Shown: positions 10,263-20,717, counted from the stretch's first letter. The stretch is DNA of 47,080 nucleotides from Promethearchaeota archaeon (GCA_019894885.1 JAGXNP010000003.1:1-47080), one strand, 5' to 3'. Notes: generated from the sequence alone by a model not told the origin. Numbers and translations are program-made.

Positions 10263-11666
10263 CTATTCGATTCTAACTCCCTGTTTCTTAAGGCTTGTTT
10301 GAACCTTAGAAAGATTAACCTGTCTACAAGAAACATTATCTTTGTAAGAAATAGCGGCAGCAACTCCTGCTCCTTGACCTGTAACTGTACAACAACACAT
10401 CTGTCGGGTTGCCGCGTGAGATATTTTATCACCTGCTACACAACGACCTACCACGAGTAGGTTTTCTACCTTCTGAGGAACGATAATGCCATAAGGGACT
10501 TGAAAATATCTTCCTGTAGTAGGCATGATCGCGATGCCATACCCGTCTATGAATTCAGGACATATCCCAATGGAATCCTCAAAATGGCCCTCATTTCTTA
10601 CATCGTGTTCGGTGATCTCATATTCACCCATAATTTTTCTCGATTCTCTAGTACCCACTGATGCCCCGATCGTTCTAAGTCTTGCTTTTTTAAAACCGGG
10701 AGTGTATTTTTTTAATGCTTCAATTGCCCACATAACTCGCTTTCTACCTTCGATTTCTGCTTTAGTGAGGTCCCATACATCTGTAGGGTCTATATCTGTC
10801 ATGTGAATCCCATTGAAAGATGTAATTTCTCCCGCATCTGTATAATTGGTCCAAAAACTTTCTATATCGACATCTTTTGGTATCTCACCAGCTTTTTTGG
10901 CCTTGTTGAACGGTTCAACCAAATATGTGCTAAAAGAACTTTCTTCCTTTCCGGAAGTATCACCCCAGTCTCCTATACTACCAGGATTTAGGTATACATA
11001 CATAAGAAATTTACCAATGTTAATTCCACTACAACCGTAATTAACCGTTACTTCCATTAATTCGTTCTTTGGGCTTTTACGAAAAGGTACACCTGAGTGA
11101 TATGCTATATCAGCATCTCCAGTGGCATCTATCACTCTTTTTGCTAAAATCGCTTGTCTCCCCGATTTACTTTCCGTTATAACTCCTATAATTGTCTGAT
11201 CTTCCATTATCACATCAACAGCTGAGCAATGGAGTATAGGTGTAATATTTGCATCTTGTACGAGCTTATCTGCTATACATTTAAACATTTCAGTATCCAG
11301 GATTTCATAGGTTGGTTCCCCATTAGCCATTAATCCCTCCTTTTCTAATGTTTTTATCATTTCTTTATTCTTTATGTTTCCGAATACATTGATGCTTCCA
11401 TTCATATCTTTTGCTAATTTTTCAAATTCTAAACCAATTCCACCAGCATCAACTGTTTTCGCATATCGATACCACGCAATGGTTCCGATCATCGCTTGCG
11501 TTATAACTCCTCCGAAACAACCATAGCGTTCGATAAGCATTGTGTTTACTCCTTCTCTAGCAGCAGCAATAGAAGCAGAAAGTCCAGCTGGTCCTCCTCC
11601 CACGATTAAAACATCGGTTTCTGCCATGATGGGCGTTTTTCTTGAAGGTTCTTCTATTATATTCAT
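10263..11666 (-). CDS. FAD-dependent oxidoreductase (FAD_oxidored family)
   Basis: DVLIVGGGPAG, ERYGCFGG, IDATGDAD, RESRKIMG, NLLVVGRC, GQGAGVAAA. Confidence 0.9.
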   Translation of the reverse strand: MNIIEEPSRKTPIMAETDVLIVGGGPAGLSASIAAAREGVNTMLIERYGCFGGVITQAMIGTIAWYRYAKTVDAGGIGLEFEKLAKDMNGSINVFGNIKNKEMIKTLEKEGLMANGEPTYEILDTEMFKCIADKLVQDANITPILHCSAVDVIMEDQTIIGVITESKSGRQAILAKRVIDATGDADIAYHSGVPFRKSPKNELMEVTVNYGCSGINIGKFLMYVYLNPGSIGDWGDTSGKEESSFSTYLVEPFNKAKKAGEIPKDVDIESFWTNYTDAGEITSFNGIHMTDIDPTDVWDLTKAEIEGRKRVMWAIEALKKYTPGFKKARLRTIGASVGTRESRKIMGEYEITEHDVRNEGHFEDSIGICPEFIDGYGIAIMPTTGRYFQVPYGIIVPQKVENLLVVGRCVAGDKISHAATRQMCCCTVTGQGAGVAAAISYKDNVSCRQVNLSKVQTSLKKQGVRIE

Positions 11667-11828
11667 AATTTTTCACTTTTAAACAAGCACTTGAATATGG
11701 TGAATATTACATAAACATATGAATTTTAAGATTCATATACAATGAAGCGTTTTTGTTTATTAATCAAAAATAGAGGGTGGTCATATTCGATACTTTATAG
11801 TACTAAATTTTAAAAATGTAATTCTCCA

Positions 11829-12317
11829 TTGATAATTAATAAATATTATGAGATGATTCAATTGTTTAAAAAAATACTATTAGGTGTTGACGGATCCGAA
11901 GATGCTATGAAAGCAGTTAATAGAGTTCTTGAAATGACAAAGGAAGATAACTCAGAGGTAGTTTTATTTCATTCCGTTTTGCACCGCGTAAAAGATATGA
12001 AATTCAGTTTAGGAACAAACATTTCTATGGGGAGTAATTTAAGTTACGAAATTCACAGAGATCAGGTCAAGGCTGCCAATGAACTTTTGAAAAAAATTAA
12101 AGATATGTTTTCAAAAGAAGGAAAAAATGTAGAAACGAGATTAATTTACGAACATGGTCCGCAATATTATATTGAGGAACAAGTTAAAAAAGAAGGATTT
12201 GATCTTGTTGTTTTAGGATGCAAAGGAGAACATACGAAATTAAAAAGGACAATAATTGGCACAGTTCCGGAGTACGTCATAAATCACGCTAATACAGATA
12301 TTCTCATAGTTAAATGA
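11829..12317 (+). CDS. Universal stress protein (UspA family)
   Basis: 'KKILLGVDGSEDA', 'DLVVLGCKG', 'IGTVPEYVINHANTDILIVK'; the start may be ATG 11853. Confidence 0.92.
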   Translation: MIINKYYEMIQLFKKILLGVDGSEDAMKAVNRVLEMTKEDNSEVVLFHSVLHRVKDMKFSLGTNISMGSNLSYEIHRDQVKAANELLKKIKDMFSKEGKNVETRLIYEHGPQYYIEEQVKKEGFDLVVLGCKGEHTKLKRTIIGTVPEYVINHANTDILIVK

Positions 12318-12522
12318 TACGAAAATAACAGTCACTATTTTAAATGTAGACTAATTAAGCAAAAAGGAGATCTTCATAACTAAAAAAGCAAATATTTTTT
12401 TTTAATTAATCTATTTTGAATTAAGAGTTAGATCAACCCTACTTCTAGCATTATAATTAATTTTAATCAGAAGTACTTAAATTATAATTTCATTTTTATA
12501 TTGCTGTGATTTATCTATTCTT

Positions 12523-13683
12523 ATGAGTATTATAAACTCATTTATTAATTTTGAGCTTAAACTAAAACAATACAAATTGCAATTCCTATTTCTTTTCCTA
12601 TTTTGGTTTGCGGGGTTTCTTTTCTTTCTTTTTACAGAACTAGGTTCGAATTTTGGCGAATTAGTCTTATATTCCTTAACTGTGCGTTCTCCCTTAAACG
12701 CAGGAGATTTTGCCAATTTTTACTCTTTAATCTGGCCAATTCTATTGGAAGTGATCGTGTTTGGATTTATTATGGGAGAACTATTAGAAAAATATAATCC
12801 GCTCATAACAAGTAGAATCCTCGCAAAACATAAGCGTAATCATACTGTAATTATAGGACACCATCATTTATCAGAGAGGATTATTGAATATTGTACCACT
12901 AATAAGGAACCATATTGTATCATCGAGGATAGGGAAGAATTAGTAGAAGATTTGATCAATTCGGGTTGTCCAGTGGTAGTTGGGGACCCTACAGAGACAA
13001 CCAACCTTGCGTTTGCGAATGTAAAGCGAGCAAAAGAAGTCTTTATTGCTATTGATGATGCCAGAGTTGCGATAATCTGTACAGAAAAGATTCGCAGAAC
13101 CAACCAGGAATGCCCAATTTACATACGCGCTTTTGAGGATCACGTGCAAGAATATCTCAAACAGTCTCCGTTAAACGCAATTCCTTTTTCCACCTCAAAA
13201 TGGGCGATGGATGGTATCCGAGAGTGGATCAAAGGTAAAACAGGTAAAGCTATCGTAATCGGACGAGATAGTTTGACTCATCGAATTGCTTATGATATTT
13301 CTTTACAACCCGATCGGGAAGTGTTCCTTTTTGATGACGAGCACGATGGCATCGAATTTAAAGTAAACGATCAATTACATATCATAAATGAGTTCGCATG
13401 TTTTTTAAGTGATTTAAAAGCTCATGTAAAATTGGAGGAAGTCACTCAAGCATTTATTTGTTGGAAACGAGATTCGGAATTTGATGAATCGCTTTATCTG
13501 ACATCCAAGCTAAATTTACGTTTTCCTCATATAGAAATTTTTGTAAGGATTTTTGACGAGGAACTCATAGATTTGGTTGAAAAATATAATGCAAAAACAT
13601 TTTCAACCTCTTCCAATGCGTTTAAAATGCTTCAGAAGCAGGTGCCCTCATATTCTGCAATTGCTCCTAAACGCGATGAGTAA
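12523..13683 (+). CDS. 2-TM channel-like protein with two TrkA-N/RCK domains
   Basis: Two N-terminal TM segments around a pore-like segment; 'NHTVIIG', 'VVVGDPTE...ANVKRAK', 'IYIRA' and a second RCK 'KAIVIG'. Confidence 0.75.
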   Translation: MSIINSFINFELKLKQYKLQFLFLFLFWFAGFLFFLFTELGSNFGELVLYSLTVRSPLNAGDFANFYSLIWPILLEVIVFGFIMGELLEKYNPLITSRILAKHKRNHTVIIGHHHLSERIIEYCTTNKEPYCIIEDREELVEDLINSGCPVVVGDPTETTNLAFANVKRAKEVFIAIDDARVAIICTEKIRRTNQECPIYIRAFEDHVQEYLKQSPLNAIPFSTSKWAMDGIREWIKGKTGKAIVIGRDSLTHRIAYDISLQPDREVFLFDDEHDGIEFKVNDQLHIINEFACFLSDLKAHVKLEEVTQAFICWKRDSEFDESLYLTSKLNLRFPHIEIFVRIFDEELIDLVEKYNAKTFSTSSNAFKMLQKQVPSYSAIAPKRDE

Positions 13684-13829
13684 ACTTCAGAATCTTTTTT
13701 TTACACTTTTTTTTTAAGAAATAAAACTTCGATTTATTAGATATCGGTAAAAAATTGATAACTTTTACATTATTTGAAAGTTTATTAATTATTAGGATAA
13801 TTGCTGAAAACGAGTTGGGGATATAAATT

Positions 13830-14666
13830 ATGAGTATGGAAGGAAAGATATGTATAGTAACCGGTGCGAACTCCGGCATTGGTAAGGCTACAGCTATTGG
13901 TTTAGCAAAGATGAATGCTACAGTTGTAATGCTGTGTCGTAGTAGAGCGCGTGGAGAAGAGGCGCAAAATGAAATAATTGACCTTACCGGAAATAATAAT
14001 GTGGATTTGCTTATATGCGATTTGTCATCTCAGAAAGAAATCCGCGATTTTGTATCGGAATTCAAGAGTAAATATCAAAATCTCCATGTTCTGATAAATA
14101 ACGCTGGAGTTATGTTATCAAAAAAACTTCTATCTGTAGATGGATTTGAAATGAATTTTGCCGTTAACCATCTTGCACCTTTTTTGCTGACTAATTTGTT
14201 ACTTGATATATTGAAAAAATCAGCACCAAGTCGCATCATCAATCTAGGTTCAGCAGCACATAGAATGGGGAAGATAGATTTTGAGGATCTACAAAAAAAA
14301 AACAAGAAAGGACGGTTTTTCAGATTATACGGATCTTCAAAATTAGCATTGACTCTCGTGTCCTATGAGCTCAGTAGAAAATTGGAAGGATCTCATGTAA
14401 TCGTAAATGTCGTCCATCCTGGGCTTATTAATACTAAATTAGGTCGAGATCGATCCTCGACCAGAAACGGTTTCGCAAATAAATTCCTTAAAAGCCCAGA
14501 AATTGGTGCTGAAACTTCAATTTTCTTAGCCTCTTCACCTGAAGTCGAGGGAATTACGGGAAAATATTTCGCTAAAAAGAAGGAAAAACCATCTTCTAAA
14601 GACTCTTATAACGAAGAGTATGCTAAACGATTATGGGAAATCAGCACAGAGATGACGAAACTTTAA
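13830..14666 (+). CDS. Short-chain dehydrogenase/reductase (retinol dehydrogenase-like)
   Basis: TGANSGIG, NNAG, VNHLAPFLLT, catalytic YGSSK, VHPG. Confidence 0.93.
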   Translation: MSMEGKICIVTGANSGIGKATAIGLAKMNATVVMLCRSRARGEEAQNEIIDLTGNNNVDLLICDLSSQKEIRDFVSEFKSKYQNLHVLINNAGVMLSKKLLSVDGFEMNFAVNHLAPFLLTNLLLDILKKSAPSRIINLGSAAHRMGKIDFEDLQKKNKKGRFFRLYGSSKLALTLVSYELSRKLEGSHVIVNVVHPGLINTKLGRDRSSTRNGFANKFLKSPEIGAETSIFLASSPEVEGITGKYFAKKKEKPSSKDSYNEEYAKRLWEISTEMTKL

Positions 14667-14775
14667 AAAAAACTAAAATCTAAAAATTCGACAAAAGAGT
14701 ATTTTACACTTTAAAGTGAAAAATCTATTAAGTGAAATGGATTACTAAGATATCATAAACAGAGTATTAGCGACG

Positions 14776-15711
14776 ATGAGCGAAAATAAGATTATTGAGA
14801 ATTTTTACAAAATTTTAGAATCAAAAGGGTATAAAGGAAAAATTGTCTCTGCTAAATGTATTCCCGATTTACAAAAATCCATTAAAATTTTACACGAACA
14901 AAAGCTATTGGACTCAAACTTCTACGATGAATATAAAGACTATTTCGAATTCCAACCAGAAACGAAATTTGGCGAGATTAAATCTCTTTTTATTCTAACA
15001 GTACCGCAACCTCAATATAAAGTTATTTTTCATTGGAATAAAAAAGAGGTTCCACTTATTATTCCCCCAACTTATCTTCACAGTAGGGCTGTAATCGATA
15101 ATGTTGAAGCTTTCTTAACAGAAATTTTAAAACCAGCGGGTTATAGTGTAGAGTTTGCTCTAGTTCCTCAAAAGACTTTGGCTGTGCGTGTCGGATTAGC
15201 TGAATACGGAAGAAATAATATTACTTATGTGCCTGGTATGGGTAGTTTTCATCGCCCTTCTACATTTTATTCAGACTTCCCTTATGACCAAGAAAATTGG
15301 CAGGAATTACGAATGATGGATCTTTGCAAGGAGTGTTCTGTTTGCGTTCGTAAATGTCCTACTGGGGCGATTCCTAAAGATAGGTTTCTATTACGCGTCG
15401 AAAGGTGTTTAACCTTTCATAACGAACATCCCGCTGATATGCCTTTTCCGGACTGGATAGATCCTTCCTGGCATAATTGTTTAGTGGGATGTATGTATTG
15501 TCAAAAAGTGTGCCCTGCAAACAAGAAAGTTATTAATTGGATCGAACCTGGACCTGTTTTTAGCGAGGAAGAGACAAAATTACTTGTTAATGGAACGATC
15601 GTAGAAAACTTACCTGAGGAAACCAGAATTAAAGTTGAAGAACACGACTTAACTAACTATTTATATGTTTACCCCCGTAACTTGGGCGTAATTCTAGATA
15701 GAGAACAATAG
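14776..15711 (+). CDS. QueG/reductive dehalogenase-like 2x[4Fe-4S] protein
   Basis: 'AVRVGLAEYGRNN', 'GMGSF', CKECSVCVRKCPTGAI, 'RCLT', CLVGCMYCQKVCPAN. Confidence 0.8.
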   Translation: MSENKIIENFYKILESKGYKGKIVSAKCIPDLQKSIKILHEQKLLDSNFYDEYKDYFEFQPETKFGEIKSLFILTVPQPQYKVIFHWNKKEVPLIIPPTYLHSRAVIDNVEAFLTEILKPAGYSVEFALVPQKTLAVRVGLAEYGRNNITYVPGMGSFHRPSTFYSDFPYDQENWQELRMMDLCKECSVCVRKCPTGAIPKDRFLLRVERCLTFHNEHPADMPFPDWIDPSWHNCLVGCMYCQKVCPANKKVINWIEPGPVFSEEETKLLVNGTIVENLPEETRIKVEEHDLTNYLYVYPRNLGVILDREQ

Positions 15712-15764
15712 AGTAATCAATATTCAAAAACAAAATCTACCTTCGATAAGATCTTTACTAATAC

Positions 15765-16184
15765 TTATTTTTCTCCTATTTTTTCCTTGATTTTGAAAAC
15801 CGAATATGTTCCTAGAGCTTTCGCTACAATTTGACTGTCGTTAAAAATTTCAGAATCCATTGTAACAATTTTTTTGCCTTGATGTATTACTTTTGTATTG
15901 CAAGTAAGCACACCAGCCTTAGTAGCTTTGAAGTAATTAATTTTGATTTCAATTGTTGCGCAAAGTTCGTTTTTAGCTAAAGTAGTATAAGCTGCTGCCC
16001 CCATACCCGTATCTGCCATCGAGTATAACACCCCTCCATGGACTACCTTGTGAGGATTTAGCAATTTATCAACTACCTCTAAAGTGCATTGAGAATATCC
16101 TTTTTCGAGTTTAGTAAATTTTAAACCAATTAAATCCCCAAATGGATGGAATCCTTTATGATTCAGAAGAAAATTTTTAGACAT
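15765..16184 (-). CDS. PaaI-family hotdog thioesterase
   Basis: LLNPHKVVHGGVLYSMADTGMG, 'ATIEIKINY'. Confidence 0.92.
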   Translation of the reverse strand: MSKNFLLNHKGFHPFGDLIGLKFTKLEKGYSQCTLEVVDKLLNPHKVVHGGVLYSMADTGMGAAAYTTLAKNELCATIEIKINYFKATKAGVLTCNTKVIHQGKKIVTMDSEIFNDSQIVAKALGTYSVFKIKEKIGEK

Positions 16185-16326
16185 CTTAAAGATTAGTAGG
16201 TTGTGATATTAGATAAGATTTTTACATTTGAAAAACGAAAATGTTTTCGTTTTTTGAAAAAAAATAAATTGATTGAAAGTAATCATAAAAAAAAAAGGTT
16301 TTGGAGTAATTTTTATGGCGTATGTT

Positions 16327-16662
16327 TTATTCTGGGGCTGCTAATCCTATTAGTGGCATGCCTTCCACGAGATCATAAGCAATATGTATCTCATATTTAA
16401 ATCCATCAATAGATTCCGCTAACATTAATAATCGTTTCATTGCGAGGTCCATTGATTCCTTCACCTTTCCGGATTGAATAGAACTAACCGTGATACTAAA
16501 CGAGCCATCCTTTACTGCCCATATAGCAGAGCGTAAAATGGGTTTGGAAATTGTTTTATCATCGGGATATTTCTTCATTGCCTCTAGATATATTTTTCCA
16601 ACTTTACTTGATGCCCCATGAGGCCACCAATGTTGAGTTACTATTAACACTTCATTTTTCAC
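16327..16662 (-). CDS. Hypothetical small alpha/beta protein
   Basis: 111 aa, protein-like composition, GTG start; fills the gap between PaaI and the divergent operon. Confidence 0.65.
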   Translation of the reverse strand: MKNEVLIVTQHWWPHGASSKVGKIYLEAMKKYPDDKTISKPILRSAIWAVKDGSFSITVSSIQSGKVKESMDLAMKRLLMLAESIDGFKYEIHIAYDLVEGMPLIGLAAPE

Positions 16663-16920
16663 CTATAATTAGTTGTTAACCTCAAATTTCAGAGGTGATA
16701 AAAAAGATTATTTTCTTATATTTAACTTTTATAATTTTGTCTAAAAAAAAAACCAATATTTTTTTCCTCCTTTATGGGCAATTTTTACCTAGAAAACCGT
16801 CTTTCTTATCATTGGCAAAACTTCAAAAAGTCAAATATTTAAATACGATATAGGATAGTACTATATAATATTAAGAAAATATTTTATATAATTAGCCTCA
16901 AGGATTAAAAGTATATCTAG

Positions 16921-17268
16921 GTGAATGTAATGGGTAAAATGTTATCATATTGTGGTAATAATTGTGGTGAGTGTCCCGCATATTTAGCTACTCAAAAAAA
17001 TGACGTAGAGGAAATAAAAAAGATTTCAAACGAATGGTCTAGTGATAAGATGAAATTCACGCCTGAGGAAATATATTGTGATGGTTGCACTATTGAAGGA
17101 CGACATTTTAGCTGGGCTCCAAACTGCGATATAAGAATATGTTGTATGGAGAAAAAACTAGAAAATTGCGCCTATTGTGAAGATTATATATGTGACATTC
17201 TGAAAAATAGTCTTGACAAATCACCGAGCGCTAAACAAAATTTAGAAGAAATTAGACAAAATCTATGA
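16921..17268 (+). CDS. DUF3795 cysteine-rich protein
   Basis: YCGNNCGECPAY, CDGC, CDIRICC, NCAYCEDYIC. Confidence 0.88.
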   Translation: MNVMGKMLSYCGNNCGECPAYLATQKNDVEEIKKISNEWSSDKMKFTPEEIYCDGCTIEGRHFSWAPNCDIRICCMEKKLENCAYCEDYICDILKNSLDKSPSAKQNLEEIRQNL

Positions 17269-17299
17269 TTAATACCTAAAGTTTTGAGGTGTGGTAAAA

Positions 17300-17761
17300 A
17301 TGAATGTGGAAGAAGCTAAAAAATCAGGATTAAAGTTAATGGAAGAATCAAAAGCAGCTATTTTAACAACAATAGATTCCGAAGGCACTCCAATAACGCG
17401 GGCAATGTTTAATCTGAGAAATAAGGAGCAATTCCCCGAATTTTCAGAAGTATTTAAAAATGAACAAAACCAATTTACAATCTACATTTCAACTAATACT
17501 TCTTCAAGCAAAGTTGCTCACCTAAGCAAAAATCCTCGTATGTGCGTATATTTCTGCGACGCAGAAGTCTTCAAGGGTTTGATGTTAGGAGGTACAGCAG
17601 AGATTATTGAGGATAAAGAATTAAAGAAAAAAATTTGGTTAGATTGGTGGACGCAATATTATCCAGAAGGATTAGACGATCCAGACTATACTCTACTACG
17701 AATGGAACCAGATAATGCAAGATTTTATTACAAATTAAACCAGGTAAATTTTGAGTTATGA
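17300..17761 (+). CDS. Pyridoxamine 5'-phosphate oxidase-like (general stress protein 26) FMN-binding protein
   Basis: 'LTTIDSEGTP.TRAM', 'STNTSSSKV', 'YYPEGLDDPDYTLL'; GAGGTG RBS 8 nt before ATG 17300. Confidence 0.85.
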   Translation: MNVEEAKKSGLKLMEESKAAILTTIDSEGTPITRAMFNLRNKEQFPEFSEVFKNEQNQFTIYISTNTSSSKVAHLSKNPRMCVYFCDAEVFKGLMLGGTAEIIEDKELKKKIWLDWWTQYYPEGLDDPDYTLLRMEPDNARFYYKLNQVNFEL

Positions 17762-18216
17762 GTGAGAACATGAAGGAGCAGCGTGAGGGTGGTTTTCTCA
17801 TAGCAAAAATACACCAAATCACTGATAGAATATTCAAACAGATGTTGAAGGAATATGGGATTAAAGAGTTAAATCCAGGACAAGGAAGGATATTATTTGC
17901 TTTATGGCAGAAAGATGATATACCAATCCATGAATTGTCAAAAAAAACTCAACTGACGAAGTCTTCATTAACAACCATGCTTGATAGACTCGAAAAAGGT
18001 GGTTTTCTAAAGCGAGAGGATGACGAGAATGATAGAAGAGCAATAAAAGTCAAACTTTCTGAAAAGAGTAAGAGTTTCCAAAAAAAATATGTTGATATTT
18101 CAAAAAAAATGACTAAGGTGTTCTACGGAACGCTTACAGAGGAAGAAATAGATCAATTCGAAGAGTACCTTAGAAGGATTTTGATTAACCTCATAAAATA
18201 TAAAAATTCTAAATAA
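17758..18216 (+). CDS. MarR-family transcriptional regulator
   Basis: 'QGRILFALW', 'LTTMLDRLEKGGFLKRE', 'DRRAIKVKL'; ATGA overlap with the upstream gene. Confidence 0.92.
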   Translation: MSENMKEQREGGFLIAKIHQITDRIFKQMLKEYGIKELNPGQGRILFALWQKDDIPIHELSKKTQLTKSSLTTMLDRLEKGGFLKREDDENDRRAIKVKLSEKSKSFQKKYVDISKKMTKVFYGTLTEEEIDQFEEYLRRILINLIKYKNSK

Positions 18217-18440
18217 TCAAATTTTTATTTTTCATTATTTTTGTTTGTAACTTCACAATAATTTGAACCTATGACGCTCCTTAGATGGTTTTACATAAAT
18301 TTCACGTTATTATTCCAGAAAATTTTGAGTGATTTTTTTTTTCTGAAATAATGTTTTCCAGAATTAATAAAACTTAATAATACTCGTTATCTTATTGTTG
18401 AATATAGGAAGCAAATATCATTCTTGGGAGAACCAAAATT

Positions 18441-19445
18441 ATGTCAGAAAAAGATGAACAATCTACTCTATTGGAAAGTATTTCAATCAAACATATCGCA
18501 AATCTTTCGATAGTTGATATGGTAATGTTACAGCTACTCTTAAAACACGAAAAACCAGTGATTAGACATATTTTATACAATGAAATCTCTCAGTTTTTAA
18601 CTCGGGAAAGGAAAAAGGTAGCAAAAGCAATTAAATTCGATAAAGAAGCTCCTGGGGCTGAAGAATTTAATGAATGGCTTCAAGAACCAACTAGATTCTC
18701 AAGCTCAAGCCTTTACTATAGTTTAGACAATCTTGAGTCTAAAGGACTCGTAAAGTATAATCGTAACGAAAATAACAAAGTAATATCCGTAGAAGCAACT
18801 AAATATACAGAAATTTTACTTAATACAGTTTTAAAGCATATTATAAAATTTGGCTTAATCGATACTGAACAGAATAAATTCCTCCCTGAGATCATTAAAG
18901 AAGTAGTTGGTGATAAAATCCTCTCAACTTTGGATACAAAAAGTTTTGGAACCCTCCTATATATTTGGTTTAGTGACCTAATTAATACTAAATGTATGAA
19001 CCTTTTTTCTTCGTTATCAGATAACTTATTTGTATTATCTAACCGAGAAACTTTTGAAAGTGTGTTAAAACTAGGTATCGATAATGTTCAAAGAACTTCC
19101 ATTTTCAATGATACGATCAGGGAGTCAGATAAATTCTTTGATGGCATAGTCTTACCTTATCATTTTAAAAAAACTAATTTTGGAGAAGTATCAAAACATT
19201 CAATCCTCAAAGAAGCCTTTAGAATAGTTAAAGATAACGGAGTTGTTATTATCCATAGTTATACTGAAATTCCTAATGTTAACCACGCTATCTTCGATAT
19301 CTTTATCAAATGGGTAGAAAATATCTATGAAGAACTAGAATTTTATACAGAAGAAAAATTTAAACAAGAATTAATTAAAGCGGGTGCTAAAAAAGCCGAA
19401 GTTTTTGTGTATAAAGGACATCTATTCGGAATAGGTCGGAAATAG
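18441..19445 (+). CDS. Winged-helix (PadR-like) domain fused to a degenerate class I SAM-methyltransferase-like domain
   Basis: 'SSSSLYYSLDNLESKGLV' wHTH recognition helix and wing; C-terminal 'FFDGIV', 'LKEAFRIVKDNGVVII' and 'ELIKAG' methyltransferase-fold motifs. Confidence 0.6.
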   Translation: MSEKDEQSTLLESISIKHIANLSIVDMVMLQLLLKHEKPVIRHILYNEISQFLTRERKKVAKAIKFDKEAPGAEEFNEWLQEPTRFSSSSLYYSLDNLESKGLVKYNRNENNKVISVEATKYTEILLNTVLKHIIKFGLIDTEQNKFLPEIIKEVVGDKILSTLDTKSFGTLLYIWFSDLINTKCMNLFSSLSDNLFVLSNRETFESVLKLGIDNVQRTSIFNDTIRESDKFFDGIVLPYHFKKTNFGEVSKHSILKEAFRIVKDNGVVIIHSYTEIPNVNHAIFDIFIKWVENIYEELEFYTEEKFKQELIKAGAKKAEVFVYKGHLFGIGRK

Positions 19446-19779
19446 CTTATCAATATTCTTTATATTCTTGGGATATGAAAATTAAGAATGAAATTGCCCC
19501 ACTAAAATATAAGTGGTAAATATCCTATTACTAATAAAATGATAAGGATTGTCGTAAATACTTCCAAAGTTACATTAAAAATGCCCAAAATAGGTGATCT
19601 CGTCAATATTTTACCTCTTTTTGCTTTAATTAATTATTTTTGCCATTCCCAAATTTGGAAGTGATCTTTTAATTTTCTGTAATTTATATGTTACAGAAAT
19701 AAATAAACCTTTATATAATTGGAAAACATAATATTTTTATAAAATTTTTTTTTTAACAAAAACTTAAATTAAAAACGGA

Positions 19780-20637
19780 TTGATAACAAAAATGACTGAA
19801 GAAACAAAAATTAAATCAAGAACTGGTGGATTTATGGGGATAGTTGGTATCTTTTTGGGTGCAGCAGGAATATTTTGCTCCTATTTTTTTATCTTTCTTC
19901 ATTTAGATAATATCGTATCTGCCGAAACCGCCGCTGCCACAGAGTGCAGACTTGTATCTCCCTTTTTCATACCGCTTTTTGCGGTTATCGGTATTCTGGC
20001 AGGAATGATATGGCTAACAGCGGGTGTGGGCTTTCTCCAGAAAAAGGAGTGGGCTTATACCATCGGTGTAATCGCCGTAGTTATAACCCTTTTTTCCAGC
20101 TTTTGGCCAAATATTCCTGCTATGGAAAGTAAAGCAGCGGTACCAGGACCTTGGTTTCTGATTTTTTTCCCTAATTTATTGGTATATTTCATTCTAGTAA
20201 TGAAAAAAGGGCATGAAAAAAAAAAGAAAGCATGGTTTGGTTTGGTCCTTGGTATGGCATTCATTCTGAATTTCATAAACGGAATTGCAGCAACTACCAG
20301 AATGTCAAATAGATTACCCGAAATTAATCCCTTGATTGATAATTATGCTCCGGCCAGTATTTATATGCTCACTATGCCAACGAACATGATTGCATCCATC
20401 CTTTTTGGAATTACAACAATTGGGATTTTCCTAGCCAGAAACAAAGAAAAAGTGCGAATTGCTGGATTGGCTGGTGCATTCTTGTCAATTTCGGCAGGTT
20501 TTCCTTTAGCTTTCTATTCCATGTTTATTGAAAGTGGGGTCCCCGCTTTCTCCATGTTCATCCTGGGTCCAGTTGTTAGCCTTGTGGCAGGGATCTTCAT
20601 CGTGTCTTCCAAAATGTGGAATAAAATCAGTGGGTAA
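19780..20637 (+). CDS. 8-TM membrane protein, distant paralog of 31639..32472
   Basis: Hydrophobic; 'PLFAVIGILAG...KKEWA' matches 'PLWRAIGYIAG...GKEWT'. The start may be ATG 19792. Confidence 0.75.
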   Translation: MITKMTEETKIKSRTGGFMGIVGIFLGAAGIFCSYFFIFLHLDNIVSAETAAATECRLVSPFFIPLFAVIGILAGMIWLTAGVGFLQKKEWAYTIGVIAVVITLFSSFWPNIPAMESKAAVPGPWFLIFFPNLLVYFILVMKKGHEKKKKAWFGLVLGMAFILNFINGIAATTRMSNRLPEINPLIDNYAPASIYMLTMPTNMIASILFGITTIGIFLARNKEKVRIAGLAGAFLSISAGFPLAFYSMFIESGVPAFSMFILGPVVSLVAGIFIVSSKMWNKISG

Positions 20638-20717
20638 TACAAAGTGAGTAAAATCTATTTTCTTTTTTTTTCTTTTTAGAAATTAATGAATAAAATTAGC
20701 TTTGGATGTGAAAAAAA

